Assembly (NCBI RefSeq): GCF_028641065.1
Contig: NC_073404.1
Coordinates: 30,876,001-30,940,000, forward strand
From: Leucoraja erinacea
Taxonomy: Eukaryota
Length of the DNA: 64,000 nt
Reading direction: 5' to 3'
The notes under the pieces: model-generated
What the model was told of the DNA's origin: nothing
The model's database searches: none
Seen by the model: only the letters and a program-made list of their open reading frames with translations
Shown: positions 62,590-64,000 of the stretch, one piece after another
How the letters are laid out: every line of letters starts with the position of its first letter
Numbering within the stretch: the first letter of the stretch is position 1
Made by a program: the position numbers and the translations under genes

Positions 62590-64000
62590 GGCATTTGGAT
62601 GGGCAAGGGCTGATTAGGGATAGTCTGCATGGTTCTGTATGTGGGAGGTCGTGTCTCACAAATTTGATTGATTTTTTTTTAAGACGTGACCAAAAATGTT
62701 GATGAGGGCAGAGCTGTAGATGTTGTGTACATGGACTTCAATAAGGCGTTCAACAAGATTCTGCATGTAGGCTGCTCTGGAAGGTTAGATCGCATGGGAT
62801 CCAAGATGAGATATCTGAAAGGATAACAAATTGGCTCCATGGAAGGAAGCAGAGGGTGATGGTGCAAGGTTGCTTCTCAGACTGGAGGCCTGTGACCAGT
62901 GGTGTGCCTCAGAGTTTGGGCCCGTTACTGTGTGTCATCTACATCAATCATTTGGATGAGAACATACAGGGCAAGGTTAGCAAGTTTGCTGATGATACAA
63001 AAGTTAGTGGTTTTGCAGATAGTGAAGATGGTTGTAAATGATTGCAGCTGGATCTGGATCAATTGGCCAGGTGGGCGGAGGAATGGTTGATGGAATTTAA
63101 TACAGAGAAGTGTGAGGTGTTGCATTTTGGGACGTTGAACAAGGGCAGGACCTACACAGTAAATGGTAGGCCTCTGGGTAGTGTTGTAGAGCAGAGTGAT
63201 CCAGGAGTACAAGGGCATGGTTTCTTGAAGGTTGAATCGCAGGTAGATAAGGTGGTCAAAAAGGCTTTTGGCACTTTGGCCTTCGTCAGTCAGAGTATTG
63301 AGAATAGAAGTTGGGAGGTCATGTTGCAGTTGTATAAGACGTTGGTGAAACCACATTTCGAATATTAACCATATAACCATATAACAATTACAGCACGGAA
63401 ACAGGCCATCTCGGCCCTACAAGTCCGCGCCGACACAACTTTTTTCCCCTTAGTCCCCATCTGCCTGCACTCATACCATAACCCTCCATTCCCTTCTCAT
63501 CCATATGCCTACCAAATTTATTTTTAAATGATACCAACAAACCTGCCTCCACCACTTCCACTGGAAGCTCATTCCACACCGCTACCACTCTCTGCGTAAA
63601 GAAGTTCCCCCTCATGTTACCCCTAAACTTCTGTCCCTTAATTCTGAAGTCATGTCCTCTTGCTTGAATCTTCCCTATTCTCAAAGGGAAAAGCTTGTCC
63701 ACATCAACTCTGTTTATCCCTCTCATCATTTTAAAATATTGTGTTCAGTTCTGGGCACCATGTTATAGGAAATATATTGTCAAGCTTGAAAGGGTTCAGA
63801 AAAGATTTACGAGGATGTTGCCCGGACTAGAGGGTGTGAGCTATAGGGAGAGGTTGAGTAGGCTGGGTCTCTATTCCATGGAGCGCAGGAGGATGAGGGG
63901 AGATCTTATAGAGGTGTACAAAATCATGAGAGGAATAGATCGGGTAGATGCACAGAGTCTCTTGCCCAGAGTAGGAGAATCTAGGCCCAGAGAAGGTCAG
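62590..64000 (+). mobile_element. CR1 RT fragment running off the window end, interrupted at 63367-63734
   Basis: VDVVYMDFNKAF, VTSGVPQ, KFADDTK, then LVKPHFEY | CVQFWAPCYRK. Confidence 0.9.
63367..63734 (-). mobile_element. HER1-like CR1 3' end nested in the CR1 above
   Basis: ORF 63388..63729; TSD aatatt at 63361-63366 and 63735-63740; (ggttatat)n tail. Confidence 0.88.

Overview
Eukaryotic, repeat-rich vertebrate DNA with several assembly gaps. The repeat content (HE1-type V-SINEs, HER1/CR1 LINEs) points to an elasmobranch, probably a skate or ray (inference). The + strand carries most of a Slingshot-2 (SSH2) cofilin phosphatase gene: 13 coding exons from 2436 to 42787 that splice in frame with GT-AG boundaries (about 1,380 codons; the first exons lie upstream of the window). 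A repeat-poor 3'UTR of about 3.6 kb probably ends near 46390. Introns and the downstream region hold tRNA-derived SINEs, CR1 and Rex1/Babar-like LINE fragments, a young 5'-truncated L1-like element, a decayed IR/DR Tc1 transposon, and PIF/Harbinger-like and hAT-like MITEs. The most striking non-genic signal is an abundant family of short hairpin or tandem elements. They carry a minimal hammerhead-ribozyme motif (CTGAnGA-stemII-GAAACGTC), have variable 8-16 bp target-site duplications and an asymmetric tail, and one copy retains a Penelope-like ORF end. Together these suggest non-autonomous, ribozyme-bearing Penelope-derived retroelements, including a composite array cassette that has itself been copied. 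Repeat boundaries were read by eye and are approximate.
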